Shown here: piece after piece, positions 9,551-21,424 of the stretch
Layout of the letters: each line of letters begins with the position of its first letter
How positions within the stretch are numbered: the stretch's first letter is position 1
From: Chiloscyllium plagiosum
Lineage: Eukaryota
NCBI RefSeq assembly: GCF_004010195.1
Contig: NC_057751.1
Location: 3,124,251-3,158,924 of the forward strand
Direction of reading: 5' to 3'
Length of the DNA stretch: 34,674 nucleotides
Program-made: the position numbers and the translations under genes
The notes under the pieces: model-generated
Databases searched by the model: none
Told to the model about the DNA's origin: nothing
What the model saw: only the letters and a program-made list of their open reading frames with translations

Positions 9551-10112
9551 GTACACACTCTCACACACAGACATTGCACATCACAGTTAAGGAACCTCTG
9601 TTGTTTAAGAAATGAGTTGAAAGTGAAACATGTTCTTTTGTGATTTGGAAGTTGATGAGGTATGGTTCAGTGCTGAAAGATGGAGAGAGGTGGATCAGAC
9701 TGTGTCAGAGAGATGTCTGTGTGATCCACGTGTACACACTGTCCCTCTCTGTGTCAGTCTGCCAAAGAGCTGTCCTCTGACTTAGATTGACTTTGACCTG
9801 GAATGGATTGAGGAAACAGGATTTCAGTTTGGACAAACTTCTGAGTTCTGGTCCTCCTCCTCCTCCTGCTAGTTGTTCAGATAGTGAATGCTATGGAATG
9901 TTTATTCTTTAACAAGGATGAGGTTATACTGTCTGGTCAATAACTACCCACGCCTTACAAAGCACACAGTCAGTAACTCATTCATCACTTGATACTGGCC
10001 TCAGGCAAGTTTGCTATCTTTATTTGGTCTCCTCTGGACATTGCCCTCACTCAACAGTCCATCCAGATTGTCAGTGTCTGTAAATAACGGCAGAGACAAA
10101 ACCAGTAACCTT

Positions 10113-10808
10113 GGAGCAATAACAGGAACAATGCCCGGGAGTAATAACAGGAACACTGCCCCGGGATTAACAACAGGGACATTCCCCCAGGAGTAACAAC
10201 AGGAACAATGCCCCCAGGAGTAACAACAGGGACGTTCACCCGGGAGTAACAACAGGGACATTCCCCCGGGAGTAACAACAGGGACGTTCACCCGGGAGTA
10301 ACAACAGGGACATCAGCCAGGAGTAATAACAGGAACACTGCCCAGGAGTAACAACAGGGACGTTCACCCGGGAGTAACAACAGGGACGTTCACCCGGGAG
10401 TAACAACAGGAACACTGCCCCAGGATTAACAACAGGGACGTTCACCCGGGAGTAACAACAGGGACATTCCCCCGGGAGTAACAATAGGAACAGTCACCCG
10501 GGAGTAACAACAGGGACATTCCCCCGGGAGTAATAACAGGAACACTCCCCCGGGAGTAACAACAGGGACGTTCACCCGGGAGTAACAACAGGAACACTGC
10601 CCCAGGAGTAACAACAGGGACGTTCACCCGGGAGTAACAACAGGGACATTCCCCGGGAGTAACAACAGGGACACTCCCCCGGGAGTAACAACTGGGACGT
10701 TCACCCAGGAGTAACAACAGGAACACTCCCCCGGGAGTAACAACAGGGACGTTCATCCGGGAGTAACAACAGGAACAATGCCCCGGGAGTAACAACAGGG
10801 ACATTCCC
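10113..10808 (+). repeat. 26-bp minisatellite, ~27 copies
   Basis: Consensus CCCGGGAGTAACAACAGGGACGTTCA with recurring variants (GGGACATTCC, GGAACACTGC, GGAACAATGC); period 26 measured at 10271/10297. Confidence 0.97.
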
Positions 10809-10814
10809 TTTAAG

Positions 10815-10895
10815 AGTATGGGATATCTGGTCGGCATGGACTGGTTGGACCGAGGGGTCTGTTTCCATGCTGTACATCTCTATGACTCCATAACT
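10815..10895 (+). mobile_element. CR1 LINE extreme 3' end
   Basis: GGGATATCTGGTCGGCATGGAC...TGTTTCCATGCTGTACATCTCTATGAC is the reverse complement of 20286-20353. Confidence 0.9.
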
Positions 10896-11011
10896 GCACA
10901 CCGTTCCCCAGAAGAAGCCTTACCAAAGGATATACAACCTCAACATGACATTCTGACTCAAAGGTCGGAGCGATCAAGTTAAGAAGTCAAGTTAATGAGT
11001 TAGCAATGATC

Positions 11012-11171
11012 AGTCCTGCCTTGATTTGCTTTCCCAAAATGCAGGCCCTCACATTTATGTACATTAAACTCCATCTGCCACTTCTCAGCCCATTGGCCCA
11101 TCTGGTCCAGATCCTGTTGTAATCTGAGGTAACCCTCTTTGCTGTCCACTACACCTACAATTTTGGTGTCA
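11012..11171 (-). mobile_element. CR1 RT fragment (inverted)
   Basis: Minus strand translates DTKIVGVVDSKEGYLRLQQDLDQMGQWAEKWQMEFNVHKCEGLHFGKANQGRT. Confidence 0.9.
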
Positions 11172-11630
11172 TATTGGAAGGATATTATGAAGCTGCAGAG
11201 GTTTCGGAAGAGATTTACCCGGATGTTCCTGGGAATGGAGGGTTAGAGTCTGGAGCACATGAGGCTGGTGTATGATCTTTCATGTGTTTATAAAATCGTG
11301 GGGGGGGGCAGATAAGGAGCATGGCAGATGTATTTTCTTGAGAGCGGGGGAGTTCCAAACTCGGGGGTATTGGCAACCGGAAAGAGATTTACAAAGGACA
11401 GCAAGGGCAACATTTTTACCCCGAGTGTTGTTGGTGTGTGGAATGAACTTCCAGAGGAAGTGGTGGATGTGCACACAGTTAAAACATTTCCAAAACATTT
11501 GGAGAAGTCCACGAACAGGAAAGGTTTGGAGGGATGTGGGCCAGGAGCAGGCAGGTGGGACCAGGTTATGGTCAGCATGGACTAGTGGGTTGAAGGGTCT
11601 GTTTGTGTGCTGTGTGAGTCTGTGGCTCAC
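11172..11630 (+). mobile_element. CR1 LINE 3' fragment
   Basis: KDIMKLQRFRKRFTRMF...FTPSVVGVWNELPEEVVD followed by CR1 3'UTR. Confidence 0.9.
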
Positions 11631-12136
11631 ATAACCACAGCACACACCATTCACGTGCATCCCCTTTGACTTTGTTTATTAAAACCGGGCTGGCCACTGG
11701 AAACACTGTTCCAAGTTTATTTGTTCCAACGCAGTGTGAAATTGGAAAAGCGAGTTGCCTTATTTCTGAGAGTATTTATTTTATGACATTACACGGTTGG
11801 ACACATTACTGCTAATTCCAAAGAGACCAAACCATTGAGCCAAGCAGCATTACAACTCATTCACACACTCAGATGAAAAGAGCACAGTTCCAAATATTTG
11901 GAATGCTCCCAGTCAACATCTTTGTTTGGAATGAGTATTCTCTGGATTTGACAAGATCAAGAGGGGTTGGGGGAGGTTTGATGGAAGCCTTTAGGTTCTT
12001 ATGCAGGGAAGATGGAGTGGGTCAGGAGTGAGACGGCTGTCCCCTGGTTTGGGGACCTCGGAATGATATGCACTGGGAACCACTGAGTGGATTAATTTTC
12101 CCTGACCAGGTTAAGTGTGAAGGGAGTCAAGGCAGC

Positions 12137-12326
12137 GTGCTCCGGTTTCCTCCCACAGTCCAGAGATGTGCAGGTCAGGTGAATTGGCTATGCTAAATTT
12201 CCGGTAGTGTTAGGTAAGGGGTAAATGTAGGGGCATGGGTGGGTTGCGCTTCGGCGGGTAGGTGTGGACTTGTTGGGCCGAACGGCCTGTTTCCACACTG
12301 TAATGTAATCTAATCTCAAAAAAAAC
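12137..12326 (+). mobile_element. 5'-truncated HE1 (V-SINE)
   Basis: V-domain GCTCCGGTTTCCTCCCACAGTCC and tail nearly identical to the reverse complement of 31501-31690; ends TAATCTAATCTC(A)n. Confidence 0.9.
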
Positions 12327-13409
12327 TTGGGGGCAGCTTCCCCAGTCAGCTCCAGGTTCACACAGAGATTAACAGGAGCCCTTTCCATGATGTTTCAGGA
12401 TGGATTCTCACCCAGAGACCTGGCCCCCTCCGGTGATGATGGTGTGGCTGGAGTATTTAACATACCTCTCGGTGATGGGCACTGTTAGAACCAACTCCCA
12501 GCATCAGCTGAGTGTTCCCCATCAGCAGCACAGAGGCTCAGCTGTCTGTCTCTGGTTGTGACTCATTCAGGCATTCAACTCAGGGAACTTAGCCAGTATT
12601 GGCTGGCATTCACCATCATCTGCCAATTGTCTGCCTGAGCCATCGCTTGATGTACTGGACCCTTGTGTCAGGTATCCCAGTGTGAGCCCAGCTGGTACTC
12701 TCAGTCTCACAGGTAATCACAGGGAACAGCAAGAACTCAGCTGCTGAGCTGTTTCACGCAAACATTATTCACCTTCTCTGCGGGAGATTGAGAAAGATCT
12801 TCCTGCTTTTCAGCTGTCTGATCAAACCGACCCAAATCCAGGTGAGGAATTCCCTCGGCACCTTTCAGCTATGGAATTTAAAGAGGAGACTGTACAGATT
12901 TTGTTTCTCTGGAATCTGTTGGAACAGGCCTGGCGAATGGGAATTGTGTTGGGATGCTGGAGAGCAGGCGTGAGTCGAGCATTGCCCTAGAAACGGGAAT
13001 GTCCGGGATATATCGACAACCAGAAGATTGCTTTTAATTTCAGGGGCTGTGTGAGTTCGCCTGCAATGTCAGAGTTGTCCTCTGGCTGGGTGTTGGGTGA
13101 GGCTCCATCTTTAACACGGTCAGCTCCCCCATCTCGGAGTGGAGTCTGGGATGTACTCTAGCCTGACCCTGTCAAAGCAGTGCTGCACCGTCTCGGGTGC
13201 TGGACTCGAGCTTCTATCGCACTATGCTGGCAGGAGTCCTGGTGAGCTCTCCAGGGTTCGACATCATCATAGGCTGCAGATAACCAGGTTGAGAGCCAAG
13301 TGTGAAACACAATCTTTAGGCCGGTCAGGTCAGGTCAGACGGTGTGATGTCACTGCATCTGCCACCTTCGCTGCAAGGGGAGGAGAGCTGAGGCATGGCA
13401 GCACAGCTC

Positions 13410-16080
13410 GGCCCTGTGGAATAGCCACGCGTTTGGATGTGGGATGTGAAGCAGGCCGCTGGTCACCTGCAGCTTCCGGGAGTTGGGCTCTGGCCTGTCG
13501 GAGTCTGAGCAGCCTGAGCTAGGGTCGCGGTGCTGGGTTGTGGAGGTTGGTCCCGATGGGCAGGTGGTCACCACACAGAGGACTGTGGGAGAAACAGCCC
13601 AAGGGAAGGCGCGTGTTCCCGGGATCCCACTCTCTGATCCATTTTCCGGTTCGGAGCCTGGAGCGGGGAGACGCCACTGTCTCAGAGGGGAGGATAGGGG
13701 TCTTGGGCTGGACAGGAGGGGACCGAGAGGAGGTGAGAGCAGTCATCCAAGTGGGTCTGTTCATGGGGAAGGAGACTGGCGTGGGTCTGTTCTCTCCCTG
13801 GGGCCAGGCTGAAGGACCGTTCTGGGAGGGGGAGGGGGCTGAACAGCCAGAGGCTGTGGTCCCTGTGAGGGGGGAGGACAATCAAGTCCTCAAAGCAGTT
13901 TGAGGGCATGGGGAAAGCAGGAATCCCAGGATGGTGGCCAGTCCCTCGTGTCAGGGAGAACTCCAACAGGAGAAGCCGCAGGAGGGAGGGAGGGACCGAG
14001 GGACAGGGATTAATCCCAGGGCAGGGAGAACCACAAACACCTGGACAAGAGCAAGGTCAATACCATGGCACCGAGATGGGCTGCACAGAGCTTCAGGGCA
14101 GATGTGAAAGCAGATCGCCATGGTGGGGGATGGGAACCTGAGGAGAGAACTGAAGGGTGGGGTGCACAGGGTCAGACTTGACCAAGTGACTCTGTAGGGC
14201 AAAGGAAACCGAGAGGTTTGTCAGTGACAATCAATGTGCTGGTCAGGGGAAGGAGTCTACAAACTAAAGGCAGCAGGGTCAGATACGAGACAGCAGGAGA
14301 TGATTGTCCTCATGGAACTTCAGCTTAAACAGGGGCAAGAGGGGCAGAGGGGATGGGCTCAACAGGGCAGCAAGACGCGTCATTGGTTAAAGAATCCACG
14401 GCACTTGTGAAACGCAAAAACTGGAAAAGCTGGAGAAACCCAGCACCTCCAACAGGGAGAAAGCAGAGGGAATGTTTCAGATCCAGCCACCCTTCTCCAC
14501 TTCTCAGGAGGATTCCGAACAGATGTGAGGCATCCCGTGAAGTCATATTGTGCTGAAAAATAACACATGGGCAATTACACTGCTCTCAGTTGGGGGGAAG
14601 AGAGAGAGATTGAGGAGAAACATAGACATTGATCTGGATGCAAAGCCCACAGGGTGGTAAGAGAGGGGGACGTTAATTACCCACCTCCCCACTGGGATAC
14701 AATGCGAAATACACAGGGGGGAGCAAACCCTCCAGCTGTGTTCATGAGAATCTTTCCAGCCAGCACATAACACGCCCAAGGAGAGGGGGCGCTGTTTTGG
14801 ATTGAGTCCTTCGAAAGGAAGTTGGGAAAGTGGAGATAGTGATCATAACGATAGTTAGGTTGAGCATCATGCTGGAACAAGGCAGTGATCAGCTGTAAAT
14901 CGGGGGGAAGGTACATTGTGCTGAGCTGAGAGCTGACCCTGGGCTGGATGCAGCTTCCAGAAGGGGGGAGATCAGAGGGACGTAGGCAAGAGGGAGGTAG
15001 GCATGGTGCTGAGATGGGGGTACCCGCTCCATGTTTGTGCCATGCCCCAACCCCTGCTCTCCAGAGCTCTCACGGTAAGCTGGAGCAGAGAAACCAAACT
15101 CCAGCCAGTTCAAGAAAGAGAGGGTAACCCTGGAGAAAGACAAGAACTCCCAGCAGTGAATGTGAAACAGGAATTGAGAAAGTGTAGACAGGATGAGAGG
15201 TACATACCAGGCAAGGGAAATGAAGGAACATGGTTTTCTCAGGACACAAGGGCTGAGGGGGTGGTGAGGGAAAGGGTTGGCATGGTGGTCAGAGACGGAT
15301 ATGGTGACCCATGTGTATGCTTTTGATAATTTGGGCAAGCTTTGTGGGAGGGGGTTGTGTCTTCACAGTGGAGTGGGGATGATTGGCACAATGTCATTGA
15401 AGAACGGGAGTGGGAAATCTTCAATGCAGCGAAGAACAGATCTCCTTCAAGGTGGCTAAACCACCAGGACCAGACGGATTATATCACAGGATGTTACGGG
15501 AAGCTTGGAGACGGTGGATGAACAGGTAAGCATTTTCCAATCCTCACGAGGTACCAGTGGATGTACCTGTGGATGGGAATCGATTCCGAGAGAAGGGATA
15601 AACTGCTGAGAAGGGCACGGATGAATCAGGAATACTCAGCAAACCTTTGTTCAGGGAAGGTCGTGTTTAATTAAATCAATTTTTCAAGAAAGTCACATGA
15701 GGATAGATGAGGGCAGTGGTGGGAATGTCATCCATCTGGATTTTAACACAGAATTCCAGAGGATCTCACATGCTGGAATGGTCAGCTGAGTCAAATACCA
15801 TGGGATACAGGAAAACTTGGCTAATTGGATCTGAAATGAGCTCAATGATGGGAAGGTGAGGCTGATGGTTAAGGATGATACTGTCGTTGGATAGTGGTCC
15901 CTGTGGTGTTCCACTGGACTTGGGATTGGTTCCAGTGCTGTTGGTGGGGTTTCTCATGGATTGAGATTGTATTTGTGGGATTGGGACCCAATGTGGGTGA
16001 CACTGGAGAAGGTGGCCAGTGATTGCCAAATCCTGTTGATGGTTTGAGGGAGGGGGGGAGAAGTGGCAATGACCACATGC
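13410..16080 (+). mobile_element. Highly decayed near-full-length CR1 (ORF1 esterase + ORF2 remnants)
   Basis: ORF1 relics IPLSDPFSG, RAVI, LPGARLKD and GEGAEQPEAVV; ORF2 relics KPPGPDGLYHRMLREA (~15460), IHLDF..F..ISH and V.CGVP, in colinear order with many frameshifts. Confidence 0.65.
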
Positions 16081-16959
16081 TCCAGGAAACTCTGAAGGTT
16101 CTGCAACATGGCCGCAGGGAGCCTGCAAGGCCATGTGCTGGTCACCTTTAACAGTTCAGCTCCCATGCACGGCTCAGGGACTGGGTCAAAACAGTGAGCA
16201 CCTCCGACCCTCTCCCTGCCTGTACCCTCTCTCCCCTCACACTGTCTCCGACCCTCTCCCTGCCTGTACCCTCACTCCTGGCTTTCCAACACTCCCTGGA
16301 GTGGGAACTCACAGCCTCTCTCCTCTCACACCATCTATCCTCAGCATCTCCTCTGACACACAAAACAATAGAGCCTTCTCCTAGTGTTGGAATCACATGG
16401 CAAACTGAACCTCACAGTGGCTACTCTTCGAGAATCCTGCTCCTCCGTCCAAGTGCAGTGCAACCTTCCCAACGCGTCGTCACTACATTGTTTTCCTGCT
16501 GCTGAGCCTGTTTTTGTGCTCCAGTTTAGCCTCTAATTTGCAGGAGTGTTACCACATGTAGGAATTTGGCCCTTGTTTGGCAGCGATCAGTCCCTGGAGA
16601 ATCTTGGTTAAACACACGGTACAATTTGAATCATTAGGGAGCAGTAGATGATGAATAATTCAGTTCTTGGTTGTGCAGACACAGCCAGGATCCAGGAGCT
16701 AACTCTTTCAGTGCCGTCAGAGTGTTGTGCTAGTTTCGACAGTGTTCTCAGCTGGTCTGGGTGGGTGTGACCCTGGAACAGGGCACTGCCCTCTGAACTG
16801 AACGTTTGGGGCTGATGCCGTACACAGGGGTCTGCAATGCCCAGGCCACTCACCCTTCCTGAGTGTGACTGCAGTTAGAGGGGAGTGGGCACTTTCTCCT
16901 CAGATCCCAGCCTATCCCAGACAGTGTCTCACAGCTCACAGGGTGGGATAGCCCCTGAA

Positions 16960-17206
16960 CTGAATATGTCAGTGATGTCCCAGTGTCACAGTGTCTCTGA
17001 AGGAAGCTGCTGTGGCTGGGTGCTGACAGAACTCCCATCTGCAGCCCCCTCTCGTCATGTGTGTAGGGACACTCCTCATCCCCTGTGTGTCCTTCCACAT
17101 TCCCAATCTGTGTGGGGGGCTGCGGTTAGTCAGGCTGTGAGTGAAGGAGGTGCCAACACAATCCTGCTTGTGGGATCTTGCTGTGTGCACATTGGCTGCT
17201 GAGTTT
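16960..17206 (+). mobile_element. Degraded Deu-SINE whose tail resumes at ~17890-17975
   Basis: TGTGGGATCTTGCTGTGTGCACATTGGCTGCTGAGTTT at 17170-17206, then CATTGACTGTGAAATGCTTT after the intervening LINE. Confidence 0.5.
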
Positions 17207-17212
17207 GTTCAG

Positions 17213-17850
17213 TAATTCACAGGCATGGGTGTGACTGGCTGGGCCCAGCATTTATTACCCCGTCCCTAGTTGCCCCTTGAGAAGGCGGGGGTGAGCTGCC
17301 TTCTTGAACCGCTGCAGTCCATGTGCTGTGGGCTGACCCACGATGCCCTTAGGGAGGGAATTCCAGGATTCGGACCCAGTGACAGTGAAGGAACGGCGAT
17401 ATATTTCCAATTCAGGATGGTGAGGGGCTCGGAGGGGAACTTGCAGGGGGTGGTGTTCCCATGTATCTGCTGCCCCTTGTCCTTCTAGATGGAAGTGGTC
17501 ATGGGTTTGGAAGGTGCTGTCTGAGGAGCTCAGGGGAATCTCTGGAGTGTATCTTGTATATGGTACACACTGCTGCTACTGAGCATCAACGTGGGAAGGA
17601 GGGGATGTTTGTGGATGTGGTGCCAATCAAGTGCGGGCTGCTTTGTCCTGGATGGAGTCCAGCTTCTTGAGTGTTGTTGGAGCTGCCCCCATCCAGGGGC
17701 AAGTGGGGAGTATTCCATCCCACTCCTGACTTGTGCCTTGCAGATGGTGGACAGGTGTTTGGGGAGAGAGGATATGTGTTCCTCACCACAGTATTCCTTG
17801 CTTCTGACCTGCTGACGTAGCCACTGTGTTTATAGGATGAGTCCAGATTG
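17213..17850 (-). mobile_element. 3' fragment of a second non-LTR retrotransposon family (CR1/L2 group)
   Basis: Minus-strand frameshifted ORF2 end (MEYSPLA..., LIGTTSTNIPS..., VYHIQD/TIYK). A second copy lies at 31190-31500. Confidence 0.8.
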
Positions 17851-18023
17851 TCCAAAGTGCTGAAAGTCACATTCCGACAGGAGAATGTTAACCACATTTT
17901 ACAAAAACACCATTGACTGTGAAATGCTTTCGGATTGTCTGGGGTTCTGTCTCAGATCATAAAAGTGTACTTTTTACATGAGTGTTCAGAGTTGGATTCT
18001 GTACCCTCTGACGTTGTATTTTG

Positions 18024-18610
18024 TGTTATGGACCAGATCAGACCCCCTCTGAATATACAAAGAAGGCAGTCTCACCCCTAACCTTTGCTTATTGGAAAGG
18101 TGCTGGGTTCCAGTGCAATTCAATTGGTCAAACTACTTGACAAAACACCATCTATTTAAACACAATATTTAAAATACCAGCAAAAGACAGAACAACTTTG
18201 AATAACTGAACTTGATTGGAAAACTTAACAGATTAACAGATACAGTAACTAATACTAAGGAACTGTTCCAATACAGTAACATCCCAGAAACAGACCCCTC
18301 GGCAAATTCCGAAAAACAGATCTTGTCTCCTCTGCAACTCAACAACCCCAGGAAAGGAACTCCCAGGATTTGGCTGAAATTCAGAAAATACCTTCAACAC
18401 ACCAACAGCAACAGCTGAAAGCTACACTAAACTGAGTGGGAGCTTGAACACACCCATGCAGGCTGCTTCTATTGTTCCAGCTTTAAAATAAACACAGCCA
18501 AGGCTTCACAAGTTGGTTCTCTTCTAATCGACTGCTCAGCACCTGTCTCTTCAATCTCTGTCTGTCCAAAAGAATCCAGGGCAAAACACAGCTCTGAAAG
18601 CCTCGTCATA
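18024..18610. mobile_element. Possible solo LTR
   Basis: AT/A-rich 587-bp block starting TGTTATG and ending CGTCATA (decayed ..CACA), with flanks TTTG/ATTG as a possible 4-bp TSD. Confidence 0.45.
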
Positions 18611-18827
18611 ATTGAGAGGAATCTCTTTCAGAAATGACTCGGTTTGCTCTTCCCAAAGCCATTCCGGTCGCAATCCCTGCAGAGAAACAGGAGCCGGAAA
18701 GTTGTCTGTGTCACAGAATCTGAGCGGAGAGTGTCACTATCAGATATCATTCCCCTCTCCAGCATCTGGAAAATAGCCTCCTCATTTTGACCCACTTGTA
18801 TTTGTCATTTCGAGAAACGAGTCCAAT

Positions 18828-19712
18828 GAGGTGTTAGTAAGATTGCAGATGACACCAAAATGGATACTAAGGTGGACAGTGAAGAAGGTTATCGAAGCTT
18901 ACAAAGTGATCTTGACATTGGGTCAATGGGCTGAAGAGTGGCAAATGGAATTTAATCTGGATCAGTGTGAGCTGTTGTATTTTGGTCAAACAAATCAATC
19001 CAAGATAGGGTTGACTTGTCAAACACACAGACTGAGGGCTCAGGAACGTAATTCTTTGAAATTTGCATCACATACAGATAAGGTGGTTTAGAAAGCATTC
19101 AGCACAGTTGCCTTCATTGTTCAGACCTTAGAGTATCTGAGTTGGAGTATTGTGCTGAGGTTGTACAGGATGTTAGTGAGGCCCCTTCTGGAACACTGTG
19201 TCCAGTTCTGGTCACCCTGTTACAGGAAGGATATTACTAAACTGTTGAGGGTTCTGAGAGATTTACCAGGACATTGCTGGGAATAGAGGGTGAGAGTTAT
19301 AACAGAGGGGCTGGATAGTCAGGGACTTGTTTCACTGGAACATAGGAGGTTGAAGGGTGACCTTACAGAAGTTTACAAAATAGCGAGGGGCTTGGATAAG
19401 GTGACTGGCAGATATCTTTTCCCTGGGGTGGGGGATATCCAGACTAGGGGGCAAAGGTTAGGGTGAGAGGGGAAATATTTTAAATAAGGACGTGAGGGAC
19501 ACTTACTTTATCGAGTGGTTAGTGTGTGGAATGAACTGACAGAGGACGTGATGGATGTGGTACCGTTACAACCTTTAAAAAAACATTTGGAGTAGCACAC
19601 AGATCTGAAAGGTTTGGAGAGATATGGGCCAAGCAGAGGCAGGTGGGACTAGTTGGGTTTGGGATGGGCTGGACAGGCCGAAGGGTCTGTTTCCCTGCTG
19701 TCTGACTCTGTG
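18828..19712 (+). mobile_element. CR1 LINE 3' ~0.9 kb (RT C-terminus + UTR)
   Basis: ADDTK, LGQWAEEWQMEFNLDQCELLYFG, LVRPLLEHCVQFWSPCYRKD motifs and CR1 tail. Confidence 0.92.
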
Positions 19713-20069
19713 TAGGTGGCTCTTGCAGGATAGATGTCTGATGGAAAACATGGTGTGCATGCGTTTGGAAACGAACGTGAGAGAGAGCATCTCTGCACGA
19801 TCAGCCTCTCGGTCCCGAGTCTACAATGGGAAATGTCAGTGGCCATCAGGAGGAAAACTCTGATCGGAACAGACACAAGAATCTCATCCACGCCACAGGG
19901 GTTGCACGTCATATCCCTGTTGTTGAGCACTGCCAGATGTTATTGGAATGGGAGCCTGCTTTTATGTTTCAACAAAAGCCTCCTCCTCCCTTATTCTTCG
20001 CCCCCGGCCCCAAATCCTCCTTGGCAGCAACTTTCCACATGCGCAATTTTCGACCTCTGATGTGAGAGT

Positions 20070-20280
20070 TGGAAACATTATGTTGAGGTTGTTGAGAATG
20101 TTGGTGTGCTGGAGAGCTGTCTGCAGTTCGGGTCACCCTGTTGGAGGAAGGGTATTCTTAGGGTTCAGAGGGAGATTTACCAGGATGCTGCTGGGAATGG
20201 AAGGTGAGAGTTATAAGGAGGGGCTGAACAGGCCGGGACATTGTTCACTGGAGCGCTGGAGGCTGAGGGTTGACCTTCGA
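20070..20280 (+). mobile_element. Older CR1 fragment, left half (continues 20822-21230)
   Basis: RFTRMLLGMEGESYKEGLNRPGHCSLERWRLRVDL. Confidence 0.85.
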
Positions 20281-20820
20281 ATCATAGTCATAGAGATGTA
20301 CAGCATGGAAACAGACCCTTCGGTCCAACCCGTCCATGCCGACCAGATATCCCAACCCAATCTAGCCCCACCTGCCAGCACCCGGCCCATATCCCTCCAA
20401 ACCCTTCCTATTCATATACCCATCCAAATGCCTCTTAAATGTTGCAATTGTACCAGCCTCCACCACTTCCTCTGGCAGCTCATTCCATACACGTACCACC
20501 CTCTATGTGAAAAAGTTGCCCCTTAAGTCTCTTTTATATCTTTCCCTGTCACCCTGAACCTATGCCCCTCTAGTTCTGGACTCCCCGACCCCAGGGAAAA
20601 GACTTTGCCTATTTACCCTATCCTTGCCCCTCATGATTTTATAAACCTCTATAAGGTCACCACCCAGCCTCTGACGCTCCAGGGAAAACAGCCCCAGCCT
20701 GTTCAGCCCCTCCCTGTAGCTCAGATCCTCCAACCCTGGCAACATCCTTGTAAATCTTTTCTGAACCCTTTCAAGTTTCACAACATCTTTCCGATAGGAA
20801 GGAGACCAGAATTGCACACA
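20281..20820 (-). mobile_element. Young CR1 3' fragment nested in older CR1
   Basis: QFWSPSYRKDVVKLERVQKRFTRMLPGLEDLSYREGLNRLGLFSLERQRLGGDLIEVYKIMRG, plus an intact tail ending CTATGACTATGATT. Confidence 0.95.
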
Positions 20821-20821
20821 G

Positions 20822-21230
20822 TTTTATAACATCATGAGGGACATAGATAAGCTGAAAGCCAGGTGTGTTTTCCCTGGGGTCTTTTCCAGATTAGGGGCAT
20901 ATTTTTTAAGGTGACAGGTGAAAGAATTAAAAAAGATACGGGGGGGGGGGGGCAACTTTTTTACCCACAGGGTGGTTCCCGTGTGGAATGAACTTCCAGA
21001 GGAAGTGGTGGATGTGGGGACAGTCACAACATTTAAAAGGCATTAGATGAGTAGTTAAGTATTTCAGATAGCTAATTCCTTAGTAATTAGATAGTCCCAT
21101 GAATAGGAAATGTTTGTAGGGATATGAGTCAGGAGCAGACAGGTGGGACAAGTTTAATTTGGGATTACGGTCAGCATGGACTGGATGGGCCAAAGGGCCT
21201 GTTTGCGTGCTGTATGACTGCATGACCTGT
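20822..21230 (+). mobile_element. Older CR1 fragment, right half
   Basis: TTTATAACATCATGAGGG continues the reading interrupted at 20280; VWNELPEEVVD and tail follow. Confidence 0.85.
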
Positions 21231-21332
21231 CTGCTCAAGGAAGGGTCCATGCTCCTAACTACCACACCCCCTAAAAGCCAGACCCACACGCATGGTCCTG
21301 ACATTCACAATAACAGACTGACACAAAACTGG

Positions 21333-21424
21333 AAATGTGTTGCTGGAAAAGCACAGCAGGTCAGGCAGCATCCAGGGAACAGGAGAATCGACGTTTCGGG
21401 CATAAGCCCTTCTTCCTGAAGAAG
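21333..21424 (-). mobile_element. Short Penelope-type element with hammerhead-like motif
   Basis: Minus strand GAAGAAGGGCTTATGCCCGAAACGTCGATTCTCCTG...; perfect GGGC-TTAT-GCCC stem followed by GAAACGTC. Confidence 0.7.

Noticed and set aside
10113..10808. CRISPR-like array (constant core plus variable part)
   Set aside because: Variable parts are only ~10 bp and re-used, there are no cas genes, and the context is vertebrate; it is a minisatellite.
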